DNA from: Spirochaetota bacterium
GTDB taxonomy: Bacteria > Spirochaetota > UBA4802 > UBA5550
Assembly (NCBI GenBank): GCA_050298055.1
Contig: JBNKTL010000065.1
Span: 1-17,379 of the forward strand
Length of the DNA: 17,379 nt
Direction: 5' to 3'
Position 1 is the stretch's first letter, and each line of letters begins with the position of its first letter. A model generated the notes under the pieces. That model was not told where the DNA came from and did no database searches. It was given only the letters and a program-made list of their open reading frames with translations. The position numbers and the translations under genes are program-made. Shown here in pieces: positions 7,646 through 15,943 of this stretch.

Positions 7646-9855
7646 ACACTCTCCTCGACTTTGAAAGTGACAAAATTTACCCTTATCCCGTTCCCCCCCA
7701 TAACCGGGTCCATGTTGATCTGTGTCATCAGGTCGCTGTCGGCCGCCCCTTTCAGATAGGACTTTTTCATCTGTTTCTGGGTATGGCCGAAACCATGGAC
7801 CATATACACGCAGTCGGGCCTGATCCTCTCGGTGACCTTTGCTCTTATCCTTCCGGACACAATACCGTCCTGGTTCTCAAGCCGGAGGTACTGACCGTTT
7901 TTAATTCCCCAGTCAAAAGCCACGCTGGTATGCATCCAGACTTCATTTTCCGGGTCTATCTGCACAAGAAGGGGATTGTTGGATGTCCTTCCAAAGGAGT
8001 GGGCGGGAGACCTGCCGTAGAGGAGCCGGTAATAATCCCTGTCAGGCTCCCGGTGTTTTTTATAGCGGGGGACGGGGTCAAAGCCATACTCCTCCAGGAC
8101 CCTGGAGTAGAGTTCAATTTTCCTGCTGTCGGTCCCGAATTCAAATTCTTCTCCCTTTCCCATATAGAGAGGGTCCCCGCTTTCCAGGGTCTTGACGCCG
8201 ATTTTTTTCATCTCTTTAAGGGAACTCCCCGCTTTTTTGAGCCTGAAGTCCAGGTACTCCTCCATAGTCTTCCAGGGGAAATACTTTCCGCAGCCGATTT
8301 TACCCGCAAGCTCCCTTGCCATCCACCAGGCAGGTTGTGTATGGAATTTTGGTTTTGCCGCCGGGGTCCGGACCGCGATCTGGGCCGTTCTGCCGGGAGA
8401 GACCCTGATATCGTCATAGCGTTCAAGATAGGTACATTCCGGCAGAACCACGTCGGCCCAGCCGGTAATTTCAGAGGGCATGGTGTCTATGACTACAAGG
8501 AGCTCGAGGTTATTGATCGCCTCAATAGTCCTCTTCCTGTTGGGAAGCGCCTTCATCAGGTTGGAGCCGTATACCAGCCAGCCCTTGAACAGGTTGTCCC
8601 GCCTGGCGGAAGGAATAGTCGCATCACATATTCCCGACGCAATAGCCAGGTTGGCCAGTTCCCATTTTCCGGGGAATTCCTCTTTCCAGCTTCTTCCCGG
8701 TTTCGGGAACTTCGGGTGGGGATAAGCGGGAACATGGGCCTTCCGGGGCAGGTAAAATCCCCCCTTTCTTCCCCAGGAACCCAGAAGGGCATTGAGGATG
8801 GCGTTGGCTCTGACCCTCTGGGTATCGTCACCATACCAGACATTGTGCCGTCCGGGGTGGACAAGGGTAGCGGGAGAATGTTTCGCCATTTCACGGGCTG
8901 TTTCCCTGATCAGTTCCGGTTTTATGGAAGTGATGGGATATGCCCATTCCGGAGTGTTTCTTCTTACCGCTTTTTTTAATTGATCAAATCCCCGGGTATA
9001 ATTTTCAACATACTCCCTGTCGTAGAGCTCCTCCCGGATAATAACATTGATCCAGGCAAGGAGGAGGGCGATATCAGTAGCCGGTTTAATAGGGAGCCAG
9101 TACCTGGCTTTACTGGCTGCCGTAGAGAAACGGGGATCAACGACGATCAGGGAAGCCCCCCGGGAGAGGGCCCGGGCAAATTCATTCACCTGCGCACTGT
9201 GGGTGTTTTCACCGATATGGGAGCCGATAAGGACGATGCACCTGCTGTTTTTCATATCGGTGCATTCGGGAGAGTTTATTGCCGCTCCGTAGGTAAAGAG
9301 ATATCCCTCTTCACGGGGCCCTCTGCAGTTTGCATATGAGGGGGCCGCGATGTTTTTAGATCCATAGCCCTTGAGCAGGGTCTTGAAAAAGGACCCGCCG
9401 GCCCCATGGGTGAAGAGGGCCATGGATTCCGGTCCATGTTTCTCCTTAAGCTTCAGCATTTTATCGGCAATTGTGTCGAGAGCTTCATCCCAGCTCGCTT
9501 CCCGGAAGACCTGCTTTCCTCTCTCTGAAGTCCTGATGAGGGGCTTTTTTAACCTGTCAGGGTCATTATAGGACCCGATCCCGGCTGATCCCTTGGTGCA
9601 GAGCCTGCCGTAACAGTGATTGTCACTCTCATTTCCGGTAATTTTCCAGAGCCTGCCGTTTTTTTTGTAAACCCAGCCGGCACACTTGAATGTGCACATT
9701 TCACAGTATGTGGGAGTCCGGGTAATTATTCCCGGCTTCTCTTCCGGCAGGGACTCACTGGATAAACTGCTCATGAGGCCGCCGGCTGCTGCGATTCCGC
9801 CGGCACTTATTGCGGTGATCTTAATAAAATCTCTGCGACTGAACTTTTTATTCAT
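7642..9855 (-). CDS. psrA: Tat-exported molybdopterin oxidoreductase catalytic subunit, polysulfide/thiosulfate reductase (PsrA/PhsA/SrrA) clade
   Basis: Tat motif SRRDFIK, FS0 motif CEMCTFKC...GRLCTKG, predicted Mo-ligand segment PSYANCRGPRE (Cys, TGC codon), VVDPRFS and ADVVLPECTYLER; 737 aa. The exact substrate cannot be determined by eye. Confidence 0.85.
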   Translation of the reverse strand: MNKKFSRRDFIKITAISAGGIAAAGGLMSSLSSESLPEEKPGIITRTPTYCEMCTFKCAGWVYKKNGRLWKITGNESDNHCYGRLCTKGSAGIGSYNDPDRLKKPLIRTSERGKQVFREASWDEALDTIADKMLKLKEKHGPESMALFTHGAGGSFFKTLLKGYGSKNIAAPSYANCRGPREEGYLFTYGAAINSPECTDMKNSRCIVLIGSHIGENTHSAQVNEFARALSRGASLIVVDPRFSTAASKARYWLPIKPATDIALLLAWINVIIREELYDREYVENYTRGFDQLKKAVRRNTPEWAYPITSIKPELIRETAREMAKHSPATLVHPGRHNVWYGDDTQRVRANAILNALLGSWGRKGGFYLPRKAHVPAYPHPKFPKPGRSWKEEFPGKWELANLAIASGICDATIPSARRDNLFKGWLVYGSNLMKALPNRKRTIEAINNLELLVVIDTMPSEITGWADVVLPECTYLERYDDIRVSPGRTAQIAVRTPAAKPKFHTQPAWWMARELAGKIGCGKYFPWKTMEEYLDFRLKKAGSSLKEMKKIGVKTLESGDPLYMGKGEEFEFGTDSRKIELYSRVLEEYGFDPVPRYKKHREPDRDYYRLLYGRSPAHSFGRTSNNPLLVQIDPENEVWMHTSVAFDWGIKNGQYLRLENQDGIVSGRIRAKVTERIRPDCVYMVHGFGHTQKQMKKSYLKGAADSDLMTQINMDPVMGGNGIRVNFVTFKVEESV

Positions 9856-9916
9856 ACTCTCTCCTTCTTTATTTTGAGAGAATTATTATATATAATCCAA
9901 ATGAATAATATACATG

Positions 9917-9954
9917 AACAACAAAAAGTCCCCGGTTCCTGGAACAGCGGGGAC
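9917..9954 (-). terminator. Intrinsic terminator-like hairpin upstream of psrA
   Basis: Minus strand reads GTCCCCG-CT-GTTC-CAG-GAAC-CGGGGAC followed by TTTTTGTTGTT. Confidence 0.7.
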
Positions 9955-10056
9955 ATTTAAGTTATGATTGTTAATGAATTATCTATTCTTGTTAATAACT
10001 GAGCGTGTCGTAACATTATCTACTCTATCACATGATACTTACTATATAGTTCATTT

Positions 10057-10085
10057 AATATAATAAGTATTTAGCAGAGGGTCAA
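10057..10085 (-). promoter_or_regulatory. Sigma70-type promoter facing psrA
   Basis: TTGACC (10085-10080), 17-bp spacer, TATATT (10062-10057); an almost purely A/T tract at about 10086-10135 resembles an UP element. Confidence 0.6.
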
Positions 10086-10163
10086 ATAATATTTTAAAAA
10101 TTTTATAATTTTTTAAAATTATAATTTTTTTAATTGTTTTATTGAATTCAGAGTAAAGACAAT

Positions 10164-10394
10164 TCACACAAGCGCGGTTATCCCCGTAAACTCCACCTCC
10201 CCTTCAAGGAGCTGCCGGATATTTTCCGTCTCGCCCTCACCGAACCTGATGCAAACCCCGCAGTCGGAGCTTATGTATTTGGGGACAGGGATAAGCTTAT
10301 GAGGGACCCTTCTCTCTCTCAATACCTTTTCAGCCTTCATGGCATGGCTCACAGATTTGAAGAGCACCACATAATATTTCCCGGCACTGCTCAC
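10164..10394 (-). CDS. DUF3343-family putative Se/S carrier protein
   Basis: F.SVSHAMKAEK..., LIPVPKYISSDCGVCIRF (CxxC); GTGA overlap with the yedF stop. This is a typical neighbour of YedF. Confidence 0.85.
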   Translation of the reverse strand: MSSAGKYYVVLFKSVSHAMKAEKVLRERRVPHKLIPVPKYISSDCGVCIRFGEGETENIRQLLEGEVEFTGITALV

Positions 10395-10999
10395 GGAGAG
10401 ACAAGCCTCCCCGCGCCGGTCATTGCACCGGCAATGTCGTACATGTTGGAAATATGCCCCGCGCCCAGTTCCTCTATCTTAAAGAAATTCGTGCAGGTAC
10501 CGCAGACGAGAATATCCGTCCCCTTCTCTTCAAGAAGAAGAAGGTCATCAACCACCGGCGAACCCTTTACCGCGAGCTTCACCCCGGAATTGTAGAAGAT
10601 AAGGCTCTCCGGAAATTCATCAAGCTCGGTGAGGGTGTGGATAAAACCGCGGACAAGAACATCACCCAGTTCATCATCTCCCTTTCCCATCCTGTTTGAT
10701 GAAATAACGACTACCAGGGGACCGGAACCGCTATTCTCAATATTGCACTCAGCCTGAAATTCCGTTTCGGCAACCTGCTTCTCTCCTCCCCGGGCCCCGG
10801 TCATGGTTACGGCGTAAATACCGCCTTCTTTTTCATTTATGGCCACACTGCATTTCAGCTTTGCACCCAGTCTCTTCAGGTTCTCAACGGCAGTAGTGTT
10901 ATCCACGCTTATCTCAATCCCGGAAGTTTCCTCCAGGGCTTTTTTCGCCAGAAGGACCGGCTGGGGACATTCAAGCCCCTTTGCGTCAATTTTTTTCAT
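10391..10999 (-). CDS. yedF: Selenium metabolism protein YedF (TusA/SirA domain plus DsrE-like domain)
   Basis: N-terminal IDAKGLECPQPVLLAKKAL (CPxP). C-terminal MGKGDDELG..L..FI..L, FYNSGVKL, LVCGTC and ISNMYDI. Confidence 0.9.
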   Translation of the reverse strand: MKKIDAKGLECPQPVLLAKKALEETSGIEISVDNTTAVENLKRLGAKLKCSVAINEKEGGIYAVTMTGARGGEKQVAETEFQAECNIENSGSGPLVVVISSNRMGKGDDELGDVLVRGFIHTLTELDEFPESLIFYNSGVKLAVKGSPVVDDLLLLEEKGTDILVCGTCTNFFKIEELGAGHISNMYDIAGAMTGAGRLVSP

Positions 11000-11013
11000 T
11001 TTTTGTCTCCGTT

Positions 11014-12174
11014 TTATAAATTATGATTTTTCGCAATTTCCCCGATGGCTTCACACGCCCTGTCAACATCCTCTTCGCTGTTAAACAATCCGGGACTTAG
11101 CCGGACAGTTCCTTCAGGATATGTTCCCATGGTCCTGTGGGCGGAGGGCGCGCACTGAAGGCCCGGTCTGGACATAATGCCATATTCTTCGTCCAGTTTC
11201 ATTGATACATCCGAGGGGCTCATCCCCTCAATATTAAAGGAGACCACCGGCATCATCCTTTCAGGATCACGGCTCCCGCAGAGCCTCACCCTTTCAATTC
11301 CGGACAGTCCCTTCAGCAGTCTTTCAACCAGGGCTGTTTCATGTTTCCTGATATTCTCAATGCCCCTCTCCAGCAGGTAAGCCGCTCCCGCATCCAGCCC
11401 GGCAATTCCCACGGTGTTGAGGGTCCCCGCCTCAAAGATGTCGGGCATAAAACCGGGATGGACCTCAGACTCGGAAAAACTTCCCGTCCCCCCTCTCAGC
11501 AGGGGCGTGATTTTACCCTCAAGGCTTTCATCTATGTAGAGGCCTCCAGTCCCCTGGGGGCCGAAGAGTGACTTGTGACCGGTAAAGGCCAGGAGTTTTA
11601 CCCCCATTTTTTTTACGTCGATATCCAGGGCGCCCGCGGTCTGCGCCCCGTCAACACAGAAGACCAGCCCCGCGTCACCGGCAATTTTCCCCGCTTCTTC
11701 AACAGGCATGATACCCCCCGTGACATTTGAAGCGTGGGTAAGATAGACCGCCCGTGTATTCTTCTTTATCTCTTTTTTTATGTCCGCGGGGTCCAGCTCA
11801 CCCCCCGGGGAGCACTTTACCACGCTTATTTCAACACCGGAACCCTCCAGGGCCCGCAGGGGTCTCATGACCGAGTTGTGTTCCATCCCCGAAGTGATAA
11901 CATGATCTCCCGGTTTCAGGAGCCCGGTTATGGAGATGTTCAGGGCTTCCGTGGCGTTCTTTGTGAAGATAATTCTCAGGGGATCATCCGCTCCCAGGAT
12001 ACGGGAGATCCTTTCCCTGCAGCTGTAGATAATTCTTGCCGCTTCTATGGAGAGCCTGTGCCCCGACCGTCCCGGAGAACCGCCGATCTCTTCCATGTAT
12101 CTTTTCATGGCACCGGGGACTTCTTCCGGCTTGGGCCACGTGGTGGCGGCATTATCAAGATAAATAAGGTTCAA
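11014..12174 (-). CDS. Class V PLP aminotransferase: cysteine desulfurase / selenocysteine lyase-like
   Basis: Motifs IYLDNAATTWPKP, MEHNSV, HASNVTG, DGAQTAG, FTGHKSLFGPQG (PLP Lys) and SRPGLQCAP (catalytic Cys). TTG start with GGAGAGGAG RBS. Confidence 0.93.
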   Translation of the reverse strand: MNLIYLDNAATTWPKPEEVPGAMKRYMEEIGGSPGRSGHRLSIEAARIIYSCRERISRILGADDPLRIIFTKNATEALNISITGLLKPGDHVITSGMEHNSVMRPLRALEGSGVEISVVKCSPGGELDPADIKKEIKKNTRAVYLTHASNVTGGIMPVEEAGKIAGDAGLVFCVDGAQTAGALDIDVKKMGVKLLAFTGHKSLFGPQGTGGLYIDESLEGKITPLLRGGTGSFSESEVHPGFMPDIFEAGTLNTVGIAGLDAGAAYLLERGIENIRKHETALVERLLKGLSGIERVRLCGSRDPERMMPVVSFNIEGMSPSDVSMKLDEEYGIMSRPGLQCAPSAHRTMGTYPEGTVRLSPGLFNSEEDVDRACEAIGEIAKNHNL

Positions 12175-12184
12175 TCTCCTCTCC

Positions 12185-13087
12185 TCATTTTTTTGTTCTC
12201 TGCTTCTTCAGTTTTTCCACAAAGACCTCCGCCTGTTCCGAGAGCCTCCTTTTATCCGAGAAGACAACATAGAAGTCCCGTTTTATTTTAAGCCCCTCAA
12301 CCCGGTGGACTTGAAACCTCCGGGGGCCCTCTTCATCCCCCATGGCGAGGCTTGAGATAAAGGAATAGCCCATACCCGCCATGACCGCCTGCTTTGCCCC
12401 TTCAGATGAGGAGCACTGGTAGACAATGTTCAGGTCAGAAGGGAGGATGCCGCCGGCGTTAAGGGCCTTTTCACAGGCATCACGTGTTCCGGACCCTCTC
12501 TCCCTGTTGATCAGGGGCAGGGATTTAAGCTTGTCCATGGGGATACTCTTTTTCCCTTCCGGGGGCCCGATCAGGAGTATCTCATCACTAAAGCAGCGCG
12601 TAAACTTAAGTCCGGGAAAGGCGATCTTTTTCCCCACAATCCCCGCCTCAACAGAACCCTCTTTCACAAGTTCTATGGCTTCACGGCTGTTTGCCGTCTC
12701 AACAGTGTAGGAGTAGTCAGGGTTTTCCCTGTAGATCTCTGCCACTATTTCCGGAAGAATATAGGTAGAGGGGATGGAGCTTGCGGATACCCGTACCGCG
12801 GTGCCGGGGATCCTGCTGCCCAGCCCGGTTTTCAGCTTTTCAACGCTCTCCAGGAGATTTTCGGCAAATTCCACAAAGATCCTACCGTCATCGGTAAGAT
12901 GAAGCTCCTTGCCCGCCCTGTTGAAGAGACGGATTCCCAGCACCTCTTCCAGCTGCGCCATCTGGTGGCTGATGGTAGACTGGCCGATCTTCAGCTTTCT
13001 CGAAGCCCGGGTGAAGCTCTTTTCCCCCACGATTGTGAGAAATGACCTGAGCTGCTTCAGGTCAAAATTTAATTCGGCTTTCTTCAT
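12185..13087 (-). CDS. LysR-family transcriptional regulator (CysL-like; Se/S-metabolism context)
   Basis: HTH region LKQLRSF...SFTRASRKLKIGQSTISHQMAQLE..LG..LF.R; substrate-binding domain with RERGSGTR. Confidence 0.93.
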   Translation of the reverse strand: MKKAELNFDLKQLRSFLTIVGEKSFTRASRKLKIGQSTISHQMAQLEEVLGIRLFNRAGKELHLTDDGRIFVEFAENLLESVEKLKTGLGSRIPGTAVRVSASSIPSTYILPEIVAEIYRENPDYSYTVETANSREAIELVKEGSVEAGIVGKKIAFPGLKFTRCFSDEILLIGPPEGKKSIPMDKLKSLPLINRERGSGTRDACEKALNAGGILPSDLNIVYQCSSSEGAKQAVMAGMGYSFISSLAMGDEEGPRRFQVHRVEGLKIKRDFYVVFSDKRRLSEQAEVFVEKLKKQRTKK

Positions 13088-13203
13088 ATTCCCCCGGGAG
13101 AAACAATAATATCAGAACTTATTCTTCTTCCCTAACAGAGGCAGCTCCAGATTCAACCCTTTTTTTGATACCCAGTATTAATATTTTCAATACAGATCAC
13201 CGG

Positions 13204-13242
13204 GTGAAACCGGCGGCATAAAGCGCCACCGCCGGTTTTCAC
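13204..13242. terminator. Strong hairpin downstream of the lipoprotein rhodanese gene (terminator or mRNA stabiliser)
   Basis: GTGAAACCGGCGG (13204-13216) pairs with CCGCCGGTTTTCAC (13229-13242), 13 bp with one bulge, 25 nt after the 13268 stop. U-tracts are short on both strands. Confidence 0.6.
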
Positions 13243-13267
13243 GTAAGTTTTTTAAACCCTTAGAAAA

Positions 13268-13765
13268 TTATTTTTTATCCACACTGTACCCGGCTTCCTT
13301 CCAGCCCACGATTCCGCCGGGTTGCCTGTAGACATTTTTATAGCCCAGTTTCACCGCCCACATTGCGCCGTTGTGGCTCCGGGAACACTTTGTAAAACCG
13401 CAGTAGACCACAATGGTTTTCTCCGGGTTATCTCCCAGGAGTTTTTTATATGCCGCTTTCTGGTCATCTTTCATTTCTTTCAATTCGGGAATGGGAAAGA
13501 GAAAATTCACTGCCCCCGGGATATGGTTCTTGTCATAACTTTTTTCAGCGGGCATGGTATCAATGATAAGCATCTCTTTTTTTGAATCCATCCACTTTTT
13601 CAGCTCATCCGTGGAAACGATCTTATATCCGCCCCTGATGACTTCTTTGGCAAATTTTACAGCGCTCTTCTCAGTGGCCAGTTCACTTTTTGATTTGCCG
13701 CAGCCCGCAAGGGAAACGGCAAGTACAGCCACTCCCATGAAATACAATGCTCTTTTTATTTTCAT
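13268..13765 (-). CDS. Rhodanese-domain lipoprotein (exported sulfur/selenium transferase)
   Basis: Signal peptide with lipobox LAGC; IIDTMP..SY...HIPGA; active-site loop YCGFTKCSRS; PGGIVGWKEAG. RBS is AAGGAG. Confidence 0.9.
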   Translation of the reverse strand: MKIKRALYFMGVAVLAVSLAGCGKSKSELATEKSAVKFAKEVIRGGYKIVSTDELKKWMDSKKEMLIIDTMPAEKSYDKNHIPGAVNFLFPIPELKEMKDDQKAAYKKLLGDNPEKTIVVYCGFTKCSRSHNGAMWAVKLGYKNVYRQPGGIVGWKEAGYSVDKK

Positions 13766-13786
13766 AATGATCTCCTTTGGTGTAAT

Positions 13787-13828
13787 ATCTAGTTTTTCGA
13801 TAATTTATATCTATTTTTTTGTTGTCAA
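13787..13828 (-). promoter_or_regulatory. Promoter of the rhodanese gene overlapped by tandem LysR-type boxes
   Basis: Minus strand has TTGACA (13828-13823), 17 bp, AATTAT (13805-13800). Dyads ATC-N9-GAT (13787-13801) and ATA-N9-TAT (13800-13814) both fit T-N11-A. Confidence 0.5.
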
Positions 13829-14050
13829 TGGTTTTTTGGTTTGCTTGTTTTCCGCGGGGAGGTCTTTCTTTTTGGATGAATATTATAAAAATTGCGACAT
13901 TACACTTGATGTCATTTATATGGTGTGTCCATGATTGATGATACCGTAGTACTTGATTGAGTAATCAAAATGATTTTCTATTGACAGGATCTATTTAACA
14001 TGTAACCGTATTAAAACTATTTTTTATCTTTATTTTTTTGTGGAAAGACT

Positions 14051-14977
14051 ATGAAACTCAAACTTACAATCATTACCCTGCTTCTGATTATTTTACCGAT
14101 TAAGAATATCTATGCTGAAAAGCTGGCTGTACTGCCATTTTCCCAGAAACAGGGAATCAGCGACAGGGATTATAAACATATCTTCAAAGCTTTTTTGGAT
14201 AAGGTATCCGGGTTTCCTCAATTTGAAGTCATGGACCTAAAAAAAATATTTTCAATTTTTAAAGAGCATGAAATAGACCAGAAGGACTTTAAGTCTCTGC
14301 AGGATATCTCCAGGATAGGTAAATTGCTTGAAGTGGATTTACTGATAATCGGGAATCTTGGATTAAAGAACTCCAATAATCATACCGTATATACAATCGA
14401 ACTGCTCCTTATGGATGTAAAACGCAATATCACTCTCAATCATTTATCCTGGACTTATAATGTGTCAGGAAATATATTACATCTGGCAGAAAGCGCAGCT
14501 CTAAAGCTCTTATGGTTAAACAGAGATCTTTACCCTCTTTCAGTAAACCTCTACTCAGACCGAAAGAAAAAAACACCACTGCCTTCTATGAGAAAACTGA
14601 TACGGTACAAAATAAAAAATTTTAAATTGAATAAATACTGTGAAGTCGTGGCTGTTGATGCAATTATAAATGAGAAAAAAGGGATATCTACTTTAGGTTG
14701 TATCGGATGCATTACACTGGTTGGCTGGTTATTTTTACCGTCAGATGAAATAAAGACACATGTCGAAGTTAATATAAAGGTCCAGTATCTGACAAAACAG
14801 GGGATAAAAAACAGATCATTTTATAAATCCTATAAGAAAACCGAAAGCTTTAACATTTTTAGAAGTGAAAATAAGAAATTTGCTAACACATTCAGGTTAC
14901 TTGAAAGGACAATCAATGAAATTGAAAAAGAGATTAAATTAAAAATACCAGCAGCTGGAAGCAACAGGGAATTATAG
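14051..14977 (+). CDS. Secreted hypothetical protein with a possible CsgG/TolB-N-like alpha/beta N-terminal domain
   Basis: 308-aa ORF with a signal peptide (…NIYA|EK) and a 'LAVLPF…IGKLLEVDLLIIGNL' pattern; hydrophobic LGCIGCITLVGWLFLP segment in the C-terminal half. Confidence 0.6.
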   Translation: MKLKLTIITLLLIILPIKNIYAEKLAVLPFSQKQGISDRDYKHIFKAFLDKVSGFPQFEVMDLKKIFSIFKEHEIDQKDFKSLQDISRIGKLLEVDLLIIGNLGLKNSNNHTVYTIELLLMDVKRNITLNHLSWTYNVSGNILHLAESAALKLLWLNRDLYPLSVNLYSDRKKKTPLPSMRKLIRYKIKNFKLNKYCEVVAVDAIINEKKGISTLGCIGCITLVGWLFLPSDEIKTHVEVNIKVQYLTKQGIKNRSFYKSYKKTESFNIFRSENKKFANTFRLLERTINEIEKEIKLKIPAAGSNREL

Positions 14978-15099
14978 AATAAGATTTTAGAGAATATTAC
15001 ATCTGGCCTGGTTGAAATATGTGATTTTTTATATTTCTTTTCAAACATACATTTATATTGATACGACATTATTATGATTACTATAGGAGAATAATTTTA

Positions 15100-15732
15100 A
15101 TGAAAAAGAAAAAAATAATTATTATTACTATTTTTGTCTTTTTAACAAACACGAATTTTCTATTTTCAAAAACATTAAAATTTCCCCGTTTAAATCTTAA
15201 TTATGATTTAAACGAAGAATGGAAATATTATGGATTATCAAAAATATCAAAAACAAAATTTGTATATACTTTCAAACGAAAACCCATAAAAGACAAAATT
15301 GGAGAACCAATAATACCCGCAATCGTATTTTTATTTGAAAAATATAACAAGGATATTAGTCCAATACAATATTCTATAGCTAAACGTGTTCAATTTAATT
15401 TAAAAGAAATAAAATTATTAAAAACGTATATTGATAAAATTACTGGAATTAAGTCTGCTGTATTTTTACATGGTGAAAAAATAGATAAAAAATCAAAACG
15501 ACACCTTAGCTTTATACTATTTTCTTTTACATATGGAGAGCATGGCATAACAGTTATTTGTAATAGTACCAGTGATGTTATCAGTAAAGTTACAAAGGAA
15601 TTTATTGATTTAATAAAATCTATGAAAATAACTACAAATGAAAACATTATTGAAATAGTAGAAATGAATCACAATGGCATAATTAAAATAATGGATGTTA
15701 AAAACAATATTGGGATTGTAAAATCCAGATAG
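15100..15732 (+). CDS. Secreted hypothetical protein
   Basis: ATG at 15100 (MKKKKIIIITIFVFL, signal-peptide-like) follows RBS AGGAGA (15085-15090) and is preferred over the track's TTG at 15058. The ORF is long despite very AT-rich DNA. Confidence 0.7.
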   Translation: MKKKKIIIITIFVFLTNTNFLFSKTLKFPRLNLNYDLNEEWKYYGLSKISKTKFVYTFKRKPIKDKIGEPIIPAIVFLFEKYNKDISPIQYSIAKRVQFNLKEIKLLKTYIDKITGIKSAVFLHGEKIDKKSKRHLSFILFSFTYGEHGITVICNSTSDVISKVTKEFIDLIKSMKITTNENIIEIVEMNHNGIIKIMDVKNNIGIVKSR

Positions 15733-15943
15733 CTTTATTATTTCTTAATAGAAGGTAATGCATTGTGATCTTTTAGGATGCTTTCAATTTGCAAAAATAA
15801 TTAAGTACTTCATGATTCATTAATTAAAAGATACAGATTCCATTTGTAATTTTTTTTAAAGGAATAATGAGTAGTATACCGGAAGTCGAGCACTAGGGAG
15901 TTTTAAACGAACGGCTTAAGTGACTTAACAAGAGGAGATATCA

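Noticed and set aside
7603..8979. 458-aa plus-strand ORF, and other overlapping track ORFs such as 1954-2610, 4475-5077, 5324-5947 and 11734-12291
   Set aside because: They lie antisense to well-supported genes and show no recognisable motifs, so they are shadow ORFs.
7642..9855. Sec as the Mo ligand in the reductase catalytic subunit
   Set aside because: The ligand codon in SYANC is TGC and the gene has no internal TGA.
13981..14010. Promoter for the gene at 14051 (TTGACA at 13981-13986)
   Set aside because: There is no acceptable -10 hexamer at 16-18 bp spacing.
14978..15943. Integron attC sites between the AT-rich genes
   Set aside because: No paired RYYYAAC/GTTRRRY boxes with internal dyad symmetry were found in the spacers, and there is no integrase.
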